Sequence record: LT598654.1
Direction: 5' to 3' (one strand)
Length of the DNA: 64,000 nt
Positions 9,225 to 18,760 of this stretch are shown here, piece after piece. The translations under genes and the position numbers were made by a program. Below the pieces are notes generated by a model. It saw only the letters and a program-made list of their open reading frames with translations. It did not search any database and was not told the origin of the DNA. Position 1 is the stretch's first letter. Each line of letters begins with the position of its first letter.

Positions 9225-11135
9225 ATGATAAAACTAAACAATCGGTATGGTTCGCAGCCTCAAAGAAATGTTGTGGCTGGAGCCAAGACGAATAAGAGAC
9301 TGACCGACTCTGAATTTTACCAGGAGAAGGATAGCCAAAGATTGGAAGCATTAGCCTCTAAGCAAGGTTTAATGAGTACGTCAGATGCTACTCCTCGAAT
9401 GTCTCAGCTTCCTCTTAACATCGACACTGACCCGTTGATGGAAGGAATGGATTACGAATTACAGGATAAGATTCTGTTCAATATGTACCGTGATATGTAT
9501 TGGCATGATCCTGTATGTGGTAGCGCGGTAGATATGTTCAGTACTCTACCGTTTAGCGAATTCTCTATAGGTGGTGCAGAAGACAAGCACTTAGACCCTT
9601 ACCGAGAGGCTATCGAAATTCTAAACATGCGAACCATCTTTCCTGAGTTGAGTATCGACTACAAGGTTACAGGTGGGTTCTGCGGAAGTCTTTTATACAA
9701 CAAGCAAAAGAAAAAGTTTATCGACCTGATGTGTCACCGGATGGATAACATAGAAATTCATCCTCTTTTTGCCTACGGTCAAGATCCTATTATCAATCTT
9801 GAACTAGACAAAGAAATGAAAAGTACTCTACAGCTAGATAGTCCTCGTGTTGCCCGATTGAAAGAATCGGTTGGTGCGGAGTTCTTTGATAAGCTATTAG
9901 GTGAAAAGCTTGAACTTGATCCTATTGGTACTCTGTATGTTCCTCGTAAGACGTTTACGCATAGTGGCCCTTCAAGTTACTTCAAGCGTGTACTACCGAT
10001 TTGGTTGATTGAAAAGAATCTTTATCGAGGTACTCTGATTGAATCCGGTCGTCGTCAACGTGGTATCATGCACTTGCAGATTGGTGACGGAGACCAGTGG
10101 GAACCTGCTCAGGAAGATTTCGAAACAATAGCTAACATGTTCAACAATGCTGATGCTGATCCAATCGGTGCTGTTGTTGCTACACGTTTAGGCGTTAGTG
10201 TTGACGAACTAAGACAAGGTGGTGACTTCTGGAAAGTTACTGACCTATGGAACGAAACAACCTTCGTTAAGATGCGGGCGCTTGGTATCTCAGAAGCATT
10301 TCTTTCAGGTGACGCCAGTTATGCAAACATGGAAGGTAGTTTAACAGTCTTTGTTGAATCTATTCGTAGTTACCGTGACCATCTTACTCGCTCTATCTTC
10401 TACAACAAGATATTCCCTCTTGTTAGTATTATGAACGGTAAGACTATCAACGCCAAAGGTAAGATTGTTCAGAAAGGCGGTTTGATGGATCAGGACAGTG
10501 AAGATATTTTGCGTACCATGAACGACGGTAGCAAATTGTTTATTCCGACTGTCCACTGGGCTAAGCAGTTGAAGCCAGAAGCTGACCAGCAATATATGGA
10601 TATGCTTCGAGGTCTACAGGAAATGGGTGTTCCTGTTCCTTTACGTGCTATGGCAGCAGCAGGTGGTTTCAACCTAGACTCTCTATTAAATAACCGTGCA
10701 GAAGATTTAGCTTTGCAAAAGCAGATCAATAGCTACCAAGATGAACTGAATAAGCTCAAAGGCGGAGCAGGCGGTGAGGGAGGCGACGACGGAGGTGGTT
10801 TCGGAGCGTTTGCTAATTCACAAGGTTTACCTGGTTTAGGTCGAAGCCGTGTACTGGATGGGTACTCTCGTAGACCTACCCTTGCTGACCGTGACTTTGG
10901 TGAAGAAAGTGAAATCTACACACGTTCTGTTACAGGTAAGAAGCAGCATGTATTCCGTCAAGCACATGCCAACAATGTAGCAAACGAAAAGATTGCTAAA
11001 GCACTGAGTTCTTTGGATAGTAAAAATCCTGCAACTCAACACCTGTTTGGTTCAACATCAACATCGCTTACACCGAATGCACCTTCGCGCCCTGCTCGAC
11101 GTAAGCGTACTATGAAGCGTAGACGTACACGGTAA
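9225..11135 (+). CDS. portal protein
   Basis: 636 aa following the terminase; YRDMYWHDPVCGSAVDMFSTLPFS N-terminal helix, LGISEAFLSG..SYAN motif and basic C-tail typical of large-phage portals. Confidence 0.75.
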   Translation: MIKLNNRYGSQPQRNVVAGAKTNKRLTDSEFYQEKDSQRLEALASKQGLMSTSDATPRMSQLPLNIDTDPLMEGMDYELQDKILFNMYRDMYWHDPVCGSAVDMFSTLPFSEFSIGGAEDKHLDPYREAIEILNMRTIFPELSIDYKVTGGFCGSLLYNKQKKKFIDLMCHRMDNIEIHPLFAYGQDPIINLELDKEMKSTLQLDSPRVARLKESVGAEFFDKLLGEKLELDPIGTLYVPRKTFTHSGPSSYFKRVLPIWLIEKNLYRGTLIESGRRQRGIMHLQIGDGDQWEPAQEDFETIANMFNNADADPIGAVVATRLGVSVDELRQGGDFWKVTDLWNETTFVKMRALGISEAFLSGDASYANMEGSLTVFVESIRSYRDHLTRSIFYNKIFPLVSIMNGKTINAKGKIVQKGGLMDQDSEDILRTMNDGSKLFIPTVHWAKQLKPEADQQYMDMLRGLQEMGVPVPLRAMAAAGGFNLDSLLNNRAEDLALQKQINSYQDELNKLKGGAGGEGGDDGGGFGAFANSQGLPGLGRSRVLDGYSRRPTLADRDFGEESEIYTRSVTGKKQHVFRQAHANNVANEKIAKALSSLDSKNPATQHLFGSTSTSLTPNAPSRPARRKRTMKRRRTR

Positions 11136-12088
11136 TGGATAAGAAGTATTTAGACACTCTAACAACCAAACAAATATTCAAGGCAGTGTTCGGTTATCTT
11201 TATGACCGACACTCCAAACGTCTTTACGAAAAATGGATAAGTGTAAAGAGTGACTGGATGTATAGACCGTTAGGAAAGCTTAGCGTTTGGAAACACTCAA
11301 TAAGTGACCGGGTCTATACCTTCTTATACGACAAGGGCTACCTATCTCGACCTAAAGAAAGTCTCGAAGTAGAATTCGACAAGTACACCAAAACGTGCTT
11401 ATCCAAAGAATTCATGCCTCGACTTCTCTCTTATTGTCAGGAAAACGATGCAGGTAACACTCACCTAGTATCTGAAATGAATGGTCGCCCTTGCTTTACT
11501 GCGCTGGGTGCATACGCATACAAAGACTATATCAACAAAGCCGAATTTGATATTAAACTCTATCCTTATTCGCAAAGCTTTGTTGGAGGTCATGCGGTCA
11601 GTAGACACTATGTTGCAAATTTAAAGGCAGCCTTTGAACAAACGTTTGAAAAAATGTTTGTATCCAGTTTTGGTATAGATACGAAGTGGACAGCAAGCGC
11701 ACATTCAAACGCTTACTATTCACGCGGTCTTGTCAACATGGCTCCCTGGTTTGCAACAATGCTTTATCAAAACGAAGAAGTAGACTTCTTTACCCAACGA
11801 TTCCTCAATTCTTATTTGCGCATGGTTCATTTGGAACAACGTAAATTGGATGTGAGTTCTGACTACATCAGAAACTTACGAAGACGCTGGGAACAGGAAC
11901 TAGTTCACGACTTCACACTGGGAGTTACCTTAATTGGTTTATCTCAATACGCTTTTGTGTACAAGTGTTTACCAGCTAGTGTGCAGAAGCGAGTGCCTGC
12001 TTTCCGGGCTAGAAGTAGTTACGATAAGCAGGGTGTGTACCGTAAACCTACGCAAGAATTTAAACGTATTGAACGGAAAGAGTTATGA
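11135..12088 (+). CDS. hypothetical protein
   Basis: 317-aa ORF with start overlapping the portal stop. Confidence 0.75.
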   Translation: MDKKYLDTLTTKQIFKAVFGYLYDRHSKRLYEKWISVKSDWMYRPLGKLSVWKHSISDRVYTFLYDKGYLSRPKESLEVEFDKYTKTCLSKEFMPRLLSYCQENDAGNTHLVSEMNGRPCFTALGAYAYKDYINKAEFDIKLYPYSQSFVGGHAVSRHYVANLKAAFEQTFEKMFVSSFGIDTKWTASAHSNAYYSRGLVNMAPWFATMLYQNEEVDFFTQRFLNSYLRMVHLEQRKLDVSSDYIRNLRRRWEQELVHDFTLGVTLIGLSQYAFVYKCLPASVQKRVPAFRARSSYDKQGVYRKPTQEFKRIERKEL

Positions 12089-12465
12089 TAACCACCCCTG
12101 ACGATTTTTTAGCAGAAGCTTCGGAGCTTGAAGGTTTTAACAAACGCTTCCTCGTGCAGGTTGCTACTGCAAAACAGTATGCCGTTATCTTTAAAATTGA
12201 GAAGTATGAAAGTGCTGAACACACAAGCAAGCTTCCTATTATTATGAAGTACATGGTTGTACTAGACCCTACTGGTAAATTTGAAGACAAGTCTAACTAT
12301 ACTGCTGTTACCAAAATAGCAGATATGCCTGACGACTTGCACGGTGCGATCTTTACTTGGATATTCCGATACAACATGTGGATGAATGCCAAAGCAAGTT
12401 GGAAAGCCCTTACGTTTAACCAAACAGAACCTTTGCACTTTACTTCGGTGGTGTACGGTGAGTGA
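12085..12465 (+). CDS. hypothetical protein
   Basis: 126-aa ORF, ATGA overlap. Confidence 0.7.
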   Translation: MITTPDDFLAEASELEGFNKRFLVQVATAKQYAVIFKIEKYESAEHTSKLPIIMKYMVVLDPTGKFEDKSNYTAVTKIADMPDDLHGAIFTWIFRYNMWMNAKASWKALTFNQTEPLHFTSVVYGE

Positions 12466-12754
12466 TACAGATTTAAGTAAGTGGTACGCGCAACATTTCA
12501 AAAAGCCGTACCTTAATTACTTAGAGCCTTCTGTTCGTATTGATTTAGGTATGCTTAATCATGCAGAGCAGTTGGCATTAACAAGGATAGTTCTTGAGCC
12601 TATAACTCAGGAAGTATACCAAGATCGTCCTTACGAAGAACTCAAAAATGATTCTGAGGTAGGATACAGGTTCTACTTTGCTATGCTTAACTGTAGTAAC
12701 AAAGTAATATTGGAAAGTCTTTTTAAATTGTTCGGAGACACAGATGTCAAATGA
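12386..12754 (+). CDS. hypothetical protein (true start possibly GTG at 12458)
   Basis: fills the gap between neighbours; start uncertain. Confidence 0.6.
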   Translation: MPKQVGKPLRLTKQNLCTLLRWCTVSDTDLSKWYAQHFKKPYLNYLEPSVRIDLGMLNHAEQLALTRIVLEPITQEVYQDRPYEELKNDSEVGYRFYFAMLNCSNKVILESLFKLFGDTDVK

Positions 12755-13199
12755 TTTATTTACCGCAACTGTCCTAGAGTCAGAACAACCCGGTATTGTG
12801 GTAGTAACTAACAGCATCGATATTGATTTTACTTTTTCGTGCTTCGAAGCCTTCATCGATGAAGACCAGCAAGCGATTTTGCAGGATCAGAATGAACAGG
12901 AAGAAGTATTGGCTGCTGTATTTAATTATACCGGCGCACTGGTTCACGACGAGGAACTCCTCGAGGATGCACCTGTTGTAACTCAGGTTATCTATGCAGG
13001 TGACCATGTAATTATCGTTATTGAACTCAGTGATGAAACCATTGAGTACCTCGAAGAAACCTACGACGACATTGAAGACGTTCAAGAAACTTTATTCGGT
13101 GACGAAGATGATTCGGATGAAGATGATGATTCCGAAGAGGACGAGGACGACGATGATGTTGAGGACGACGAAGACGAAGACGACGATTGGAAAATGTAA
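12744..13199 (+). CDS. extremely acidic protein
   Basis: about 56 D/E of 151 aa by hand count, one Lys, no Arg; D/E tail. Confidence 0.85.
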   Translation: MSNDLFTATVLESEQPGIVVVTNSIDIDFTFSCFEAFIDEDQQAILQDQNEQEEVLAAVFNYTGALVHDEELLEDAPVVTQVIYAGDHVIIVIELSDETIEYLEETYDDIEDVQETLFGDEDDSDEDDDSEEDEDDDDVEDDEDEDDDWKM

Positions 13200-13507
13200 T
13201 GCGACTGTATACCCAAGAATGTTTAAGCGTCCACCAAGTCAGAGCCAACCAGAAAGAGAATGTTCTTACTGCTGTTCTTATCCAGAAGGGGTTAGCCGAA
13301 GCTAAATCTCGTCGTGAAGAATTGTATAAGGAGTACGAAAAGTTTTACCCAACCGAATATCCTAACAAGGTTGTTTTTGTTTACTTGAACTCTGTACGTA
13401 CTTCGGATAACTACAAATCAGTAAGTGCTTGGCTTGAAGGTCGATTATCTGGTGTTGAGGTTGACGCGGAATCGAACATCTTGGAATACACTCCTAACGA
13501 TGGCTAA
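13187..13507 (+). CDS. hypothetical protein
   Basis: 106-aa ORF overlapping both neighbours. Confidence 0.65.
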   Translation: MENVMRLYTQECLSVHQVRANQKENVLTAVLIQKGLAEAKSRREELYKEYEKFYPTEYPNKVVFVYLNSVRTSDNYKSVSAWLEGRLSGVEVDAESNILEYTPNDG

Positions 13508-14075
13508 TCCGATTGAAGCAGTAGCCTCCTGTGGTTGCTGCTTTTCATCTTCACACAAATGCCGATTACATGATGCACCTATTGTAATGCTCGGTAAGAC
13601 TCATACTCGAAAAATCAGGTCGGAACAATCCAGCTTTGACCTGTATCGAAGTAAGTTAAACTCTTTTATAGACCTCAACGCCATTCCAGATAATGTAGTT
13701 GTTGAGAACCCGACACAGTTTGCTTGTCGCCAGCTAATGGCTACTACTGAAAGCCTGATTGTGATTGGAAGACTCCCTAGTTTATTTAAGGGTGACTTCA
13801 ATATACTAGGTACTCTAGGTCGTTACACGGTCTATATCTATTTGAATCCAGACGGTGTTATGTCTAGCTTTGAGTTCTCAAATATCTCGGAATTCTGCAA
13901 GGCTGTAGCAGGGTATAGTTGGCTAAACTGTTCTGTAGGTGAATTCTTTTTATATGCTGAGGACACTGTTCACACACCATTCCTCAATGTTTATAAATAC
14001 TATTCTAGTGAAAGTTTCCGAGCATCCGTATCCGGGAATTTAGAATCAAATCTTCCAAAAGGGCTTTATTCTTAG
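13500..14075 (+). CDS. hypothetical protein with Cys-rich N-terminus
   Basis: ATG at 13500 in the frame of ORF 13425-14075; SCGCC...HKC. Confidence 0.7.
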   Translation: MANPIEAVASCGCCFSSSHKCRLHDAPIVMLGKTHTRKIRSEQSSFDLYRSKLNSFIDLNAIPDNVVVENPTQFACRQLMATTESLIVIGRLPSLFKGDFNILGTLGRYTVYIYLNPDGVMSSFEFSNISEFCKAVAGYSWLNCSVGEFFLYAEDTVHTPFLNVYKYYSSESFRASVSGNLESNLPKGLYS

Positions 14076-14086
14076 CCCTTTTTGTT
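14057..14086 (+). terminator. intrinsic terminator
   Basis: aaaagggct-ttattctt-agccctttt hairpin followed by a T-run, at the end of the upstream ORF. Confidence 0.75.
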
Positions 14087-14094
14087 CCTTCCAA

Positions 14095-14105
14095 AACTGT
14101 AAATA
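14095..14105 (+). promoter_or_regulatory. conserved motif AACTGTAAATA (putative phage promoter)
   Basis: intergenic, after a terminator, 37 nt before the exonuclease ATG; recurs at four other gene starts. Confidence 0.6.
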
Positions 14106-14141
14106 CTCTATATGAATTAACGTCAATGACTATAGGTATTT

Positions 14142-15173
14142 ATGATTTTCCCAACTGCCAAGAAACCTGTTGTTCATCTTATTGATGGAAACAATTGGGT
14201 TAACCGTGCGTTCTATGCGACACCTGTGTTGCACACAGACGACGGCATTCCAACTAACGCAATTAAAGCATTCCATAATATGCTACTGAGTCTGCATAAC
14301 AAGATTCTGAAAGCTGATCAAGTACCTTACATTGCAATATGTTTTGATATTAAGCGCAAAGATACATTCCGCGCTGATGTGTTCAAGAAGTGGCAAAAGC
14401 GTGACCCCGAACTGGTTCAAGCTTTGTTGCCTGCTAGTTCTTCGAAAGAATACAAGGGTAACCGAAACAAAGGTAAGTCAACTCACGAAATAGAAGACCT
14501 ATACGAACAGATACGCATCTGTCGTGAAATGGTTGAGTTAGCAGGCTTCCCTACTTTCGACGGCTACTCTATTGATCAACCAGTAGAAGCTGATGACATT
14601 ATAGGTACTCTTGCTAAGCTTAAAGGCTGCTTGAAACTTATCCAAACACGCGATAAAGATTTTAATCAATGTATAGAGCCTGGTGTAAGAGTGTATCATC
14701 CACCTCAAGCAAACTCAGAAGCCAAGCTTTTGACTATAAAGAACCTGTACGCTCAAACAGGTTTACGTCCTGACCAGTTTATCGAATACTTGATGTTGTT
14801 TGGTGATACGTCTGATAACATTCCGGGTGTTCCAGGTTGTGGTGAAAAGACTGCTACCGCATTACTTAATCGATGGGGAACCATAGAAAACATTCAAGAA
14901 AAAGCAGAGCGTGTTCAGGGCAGAGAGCGTAAGGTAGCACTCACCATTGCAGGTCTTCCCGTAGAGCCTACTGCTAAAGCCAAGAAAGAAGGTGCTAAAC
15001 CTGCTGTTGCTCCGTGTCCTGATTTTGAAGTAACTAGGGAACTAGCAACCATTCGTACTGACGTAAAGAATCTTCCGAAAAGTTATAAGGAACTCGTTAT
15101 GCGAGAACCTAAGTTGAAGAAGTTGAAGAAGTTGAAAAAGCAACTCGAATTTAAAGAACTGTTTTGGGTATAG
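14142..15173 (+). CDS. 5'-3' exonuclease / flap endonuclease (PolI N-terminal family)
   Basis: LIDGNNWVNRAFY, EADDIIGTL, RDKDFNQ and GDTSDNIPGVPGCGEKTA helix-hairpin-helix. Confidence 0.93.
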   Translation: MIFPTAKKPVVHLIDGNNWVNRAFYATPVLHTDDGIPTNAIKAFHNMLLSLHNKILKADQVPYIAICFDIKRKDTFRADVFKKWQKRDPELVQALLPASSSKEYKGNRNKGKSTHEIEDLYEQIRICREMVELAGFPTFDGYSIDQPVEADDIIGTLAKLKGCLKLIQTRDKDFNQCIEPGVRVYHPPQANSEAKLLTIKNLYAQTGLRPDQFIEYLMLFGDTSDNIPGVPGCGEKTATALLNRWGTIENIQEKAERVQGRERKVALTIAGLPVEPTAKAKKEGAKPAVAPCPDFEVTRELATIRTDVKNLPKSYKELVMREPKLKKLKKLKKQLEFKELFWV

Positions 15174-15185
15174 GAGAAACTTAAA

Positions 15186-15812
15186 ATGTATCCACTGGAA
15201 AGTGACACTAACTTGATTCAAAATGATCATCTTTGTAAGCCCGTTATCATAGACATGGCTCTGACTGATGAACAGATTGATCAATTGGTAAACCTCATTA
15301 AAGCAGGAAAAGTTGAAGCCGAGAAAGGTGAGGTAGAAGCTGCTGACGAAGACGGCGAAGACGGCTACGATAGTGAAGCACGTATTGTTGATATGCACTT
15401 CATGGGTGAAGAAGAAACCTATGATCTGGATATTGAATGGCTGTTCCCTGAACTGGAAGCTATTGCTCTTGAAGCGAACAAACTGTTTAACTTTGACCTA
15501 CACGGTTTCCCGGAAACAATCAATGTTCTCCACTACCACACCAAAGACCCGGATGGTGCAGGTCACTTCTATGAACACACCGACATAGGCTCTGGTGACA
15601 TTAGTACGCGCAAGCTTACTATTATTATCCAGCTAAGTAATGAGGAGGAGTACGAAGGTGCTACTCTTAACATTGCTGATTGGGGTGATGCTCCAAAGAC
15701 ACGCGGTACAGCTATCGTGTTTCCTGCTTATATGTCGCACGGTGTTGAACCAATTGAATCCGGTGAGCGTTTTTGTCTTAACGCTTGGGTGCATGGACAC
15801 GCATTCCGATGA
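15186..15812 (+). CDS. 2OG-Fe(II) oxygenase (prolyl-4-hydroxylase-like family)
   Basis: EHTD (HxD), RKLTIIIQLS, SHGV distal His, GERFCL 2OG-binding Arg. Confidence 0.9.
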   Translation: MYPLESDTNLIQNDHLCKPVIIDMALTDEQIDQLVNLIKAGKVEAEKGEVEAADEDGEDGYDSEARIVDMHFMGEEETYDLDIEWLFPELEAIALEANKLFNFDLHGFPETINVLHYHTKDPDGAGHFYEHTDIGSGDISTRKLTIIIQLSNEEEYEGATLNIADWGDAPKTRGTAIVFPAYMSHGVEPIESGERFCLNAWVHGHAFR

Positions 15813-16069
15813 AGATAACAAAAGATGGATTTGAAATAGTAGTAGCTGTTGGGTTGATAGTGAGTTTGGTGCTTGCTGTAGGTCTGTTGATATTTTTCCC
15901 GTTTTCATCAACTGCCGCAATATGGGGGCCAGGATTATTCTTTTTATTCCTGTTAGCTACTAGCTTCACAGGACAGGTTCCCGATTGGAAGAGTGTACTG
16001 ACGGATTTAGCCATTTGGTCAACGATATTCGTAGTCTACGTTTTCGTTTGGTACCAAATAAACAATTAG
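15809..16069 (+). CDS. small multi-pass membrane protein
   Basis: three hydrophobic segments; ATG at 15809 overlaps the upstream stop. Confidence 0.7.
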   Translation: MKITKDGFEIVVAVGLIVSLVLAVGLLIFFPFSSTAAIWGPGLFFLFLLATSFTGQVPDWKSVLTDLAIWSTIFVVYVFVWYQINN

Positions 16070-16072
16070 ATA

Positions 16073-16083
16073 AACTGTAAACA
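16073..16083 (+). promoter_or_regulatory. conserved motif AACTGTAAACA
   Basis: intergenic copy of the AASTGTAAAYA motif. Confidence 0.55.
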
Positions 16084-16097
16084 ATGACTGTACATAA

Positions 16098-16688
16098 ATG
16101 TACGTCAATAATCAAATAAGAAGGAATGCGCAAATGGTATCTGCTACAAAATTAAAACAGCTAACAGCTGGCGGTATCGGATCTAAACAGAACTTTATTC
16201 AGTATCAGGAAGGTAATATCTTAACTGCCTTTACTCGTTATGCTGTACCTAAGTTCGACGTTATGGTTGCGGACACGAACACGCAATTTAATCCTGTGAC
16301 AGGTATTCAAAAAGCTGTCGCTAAATTGTGGCCTGAACTTTGTCTGTTATCCGCAGAAAAAGGCTCGTGTAAGTTGCTTGACGTTCGCGTTGTAAATGAA
16401 AAATTGCCTGACCGTTTCCAAACAGTAGCAATGATCGTCATGCACAATACATCAGGTGAATCCAAAGAAGTTACAGGAGTTAAAAACCTGTTTGTATCTT
16501 TCCGAGAAGCGTTCTCAACTTTACTCGAAGAAGCCGTGCGTTCTAAATTAACTATCGGTATGCCTGTAATCGGTAACCGTAATATCTGGGCTGAACTTGA
16601 AACAATTATCAATGAACTGTGTGACGAGCATGGGTACACGGATATGATTCAAGTCTATCGACCAAAACCTAAAGCAAAGGTAAAGTAA
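16098..16688 (+). CDS. macrodomain-like protein (start possibly 16134)
   Basis: IQYQEGNIL..., DVMVADTN...GIQKAVAKLWPE, IGMPVIG...W..LETII...IQVY follow macrodomain order; Gly-rich loops are degenerate. Confidence 0.6.
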   Translation: MYVNNQIRRNAQMVSATKLKQLTAGGIGSKQNFIQYQEGNILTAFTRYAVPKFDVMVADTNTQFNPVTGIQKAVAKLWPELCLLSAEKGSCKLLDVRVVNEKLPDRFQTVAMIVMHNTSGESKEVTGVKNLFVSFREAFSTLLEEAVRSKLTIGMPVIGNRNIWAELETIINELCDEHGYTDMIQVYRPKPKAKVK

Positions 16689-17344
16689 TGATCGTTGACC
16701 TATATGAAGTCCCAACTGAAAAGCAGTTAAAACAGTTTCTGGTAGCAGATTCAAATAGCATTGTCTCAATCCGACAAAAAGTTGATATTGCACTTGGTTC
16801 AAATACAGCAAATACAGATAATATGTCAGTTGCGTATACCGTTTATACCAGCGTTACTGCGGCTGGGCCTTCTGTAGGTCCTGATCAATCTCTGATGGTA
16901 AACTACGTAGCCCTATCAAATGGCAGCACTGTTTTTGACGACCTTGATATTGATTTAAAGGTAAGAAAAGAGGGTATAAGACAACAAGCTTTGTGTTCCA
17001 TTCGGGCAGGTGTTGTCGATGCTATTATTCATTATGGTATTACGGTTGTTGATCGTGAAGCCGACAGAGACATACTTGTATTTTGTAATGGTGCATTTAC
17101 AGGTATTGATGAACCTCACTCGCTGCCTGCTATACAGGCGATTAACCGAGTTCTTCATCAAGCTGAATTTGATTGTGCTGTTATGCCTTATTCAAGCCTT
17201 AGATTATCAAAGGATGACGAAGGTAATGATTTAATACCAAAGCTGGAAGCTTTTGAAGCTTTCTTGGAGCAACAAAATGAAGACAAAGAAGATAGACAGC
17301 TGGACGTTTCTAATCGCTCCAGCAATACCGAACTTGATCGTTGA
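16688..17344 (+). CDS. hypothetical protein
   Basis: 218-aa ORF, TAATG overlap. Confidence 0.75.
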   Translation: MIVDLYEVPTEKQLKQFLVADSNSIVSIRQKVDIALGSNTANTDNMSVAYTVYTSVTAAGPSVGPDQSLMVNYVALSNGSTVFDDLDIDLKVRKEGIRQQALCSIRAGVVDAIIHYGITVVDREADRDILVFCNGAFTGIDEPHSLPAIQAINRVLHQAEFDCAVMPYSSLRLSKDDEGNDLIPKLEAFEAFLEQQNEDKEDRQLDVSNRSSNTELDR

Positions 17345-17924
17345 TGATTACTACGAGTATCACCAATACATGAACGTTAGCGTTTTGCTGAACTTGTGTA
17401 TTGACCGAGTGGACTTTGAGTACTCGGAAAAGAAAAACAACCTACACATTGTTCTTCGCAATGACCTACCTTACCAACTGATACGGATTTTCTATCGCAA
17501 TCTTGGTAGACCTTGCCCTAAGGCGTATGACGAAGACGCTATCTGTGTAGACTTGTTGATGCTGGTAACCGAGTACGTAGAACAAACCGATTCTGTGATT
17601 CAGATGAAACTTGTTTACGATGACGGTAACACCGAGATACGACAATTCGGCGAACTTGAAGTCGTACTGGAAGCCAGTCGTTTGAGTTTAGGTGAAGAAA
17701 TTAACACGGTTAACCTAGCTGCGGTAATTAACGGACTAAGCATTGCACCTTTTGTAAATCATACATTTCTAACACTTGTGTTTGGTGAGCATTGTACTTA
17801 CCGGGCAAAATCGGAGCAACGATTCGGAATTATTTCTTTTGATGACGGCTCTACCTACGTAGATATTTTCAATCACGTAGATACGCAAAGAATATCTCTT
17901 GCGCGAACCTTGAACATAAGCTAA
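17277..17924 (+). CDS. hypothetical protein
   Basis: ATG at 17277 within ORF 17253-17924. Confidence 0.7.
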   Translation: MKTKKIDSWTFLIAPAIPNLIVDDYYEYHQYMNVSVLLNLCIDRVDFEYSEKKNNLHIVLRNDLPYQLIRIFYRNLGRPCPKAYDEDAICVDLLMLVTEYVEQTDSVIQMKLVYDDGNTEIRQFGELEVVLEASRLSLGEEINTVNLAAVINGLSIAPFVNHTFLTLVFGEHCTYRAKSEQRFGIISFDDGSTYVDIFNHVDTQRISLARTLNIS

Positions 17925-17928
17925 CTAC

Positions 17929-17950
17929 GGGAGGGCACTGCCCTCCCTTT
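17929..17950 (+). terminator. intrinsic terminator
   Basis: gggagggc-act-gccctccc perfect 8-bp stem plus TTT right after a stop codon. Confidence 0.75.
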
Positions 17951-17965
17951 AAGAAACGATCAATA

Positions 17966-18742
17966 ATGAAATCAGTAAAGTTTATCAGATACTTTTTACC
18001 GCTAGGGGAATTCCTAGAGTCATGGAAGTCATACTCAGGGATAGAAGAATTCAAACGGGTAATGACTGGTATACAAGATCGTTTATCTTGCTATACGCTA
18101 CACATCGATGATTCAATCTCAGGTTTATTTCTTCACGACCTAGATACTTATGATTCCTTGGACACCGATGTATTCAGCAAACGTTTTTCTGTAGTAAACT
18201 ACTTGGGCACCAGCTTTAGAAAACATCCGTTTAAAAACAACTCGAATGTAAAACAACGTGTAATGGATATTGTCTCCGAGCTAAAACCTCATTTGCCTCA
18301 TTACCTAGAACACTCTCGTAATATCCAAATGATGGATTCGAGTTTTTATCAGTGTTCTCTGCAATTGCTTTTCAACAAAGCAGACGTTATTCCTATAGTG
18401 TCTGTGTTAGACCAATTAGACGCTGACGGTACACCTGTTTTTGAGCCTCCTGCAGGTGACTCCTGGTTAGAAATACCTTCAGGATTGCTCCACCAGATTA
18501 TCTATAGAGGCGATACTAAACCTCTTATCGATTCAATATACAAGGGTTTGGAATCCAATGAGTTCTCTACCGATGTTATATTGATAGAAACTCTCACCAA
18601 GTTAATGAATGAACTAAAGGCTAACCGGTCTAAGTGGTCAGCTTATGACATTCAGGAACAAGAAAATAAAATTCATACAATACTTCAACTTGTTAAGCGG
18701 TCAGGTTTGAATGTTGATGCACTAATGCAGAGACTTGGTTAG
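17966..18742 (+). CDS. hypothetical protein
   Basis: 258-aa ORF. Confidence 0.75.
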   Translation: MKSVKFIRYFLPLGEFLESWKSYSGIEEFKRVMTGIQDRLSCYTLHIDDSISGLFLHDLDTYDSLDTDVFSKRFSVVNYLGTSFRKHPFKNNSNVKQRVMDIVSELKPHLPHYLEHSRNIQMMDSSFYQCSLQLLFNKADVIPIVSVLDQLDADGTPVFEPPAGDSWLEIPSGLLHQIIYRGDTKPLIDSIYKGLESNEFSTDVILIETLTKLMNELKANRSKWSAYDIQEQENKIHTILQLVKRSGLNVDALMQRLG

Positions 18743-18760
18743 TGCCGACTGGAGAAATTA

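Noticed and set aside
15111-15137. 9-bp tandem repeat aagttgaag x3 (KLKKLKKLK)
   Set aside because: A short low-complexity amphipathic helix at the exonuclease C-terminus; no evidence of phase variation because the unit is in frame.
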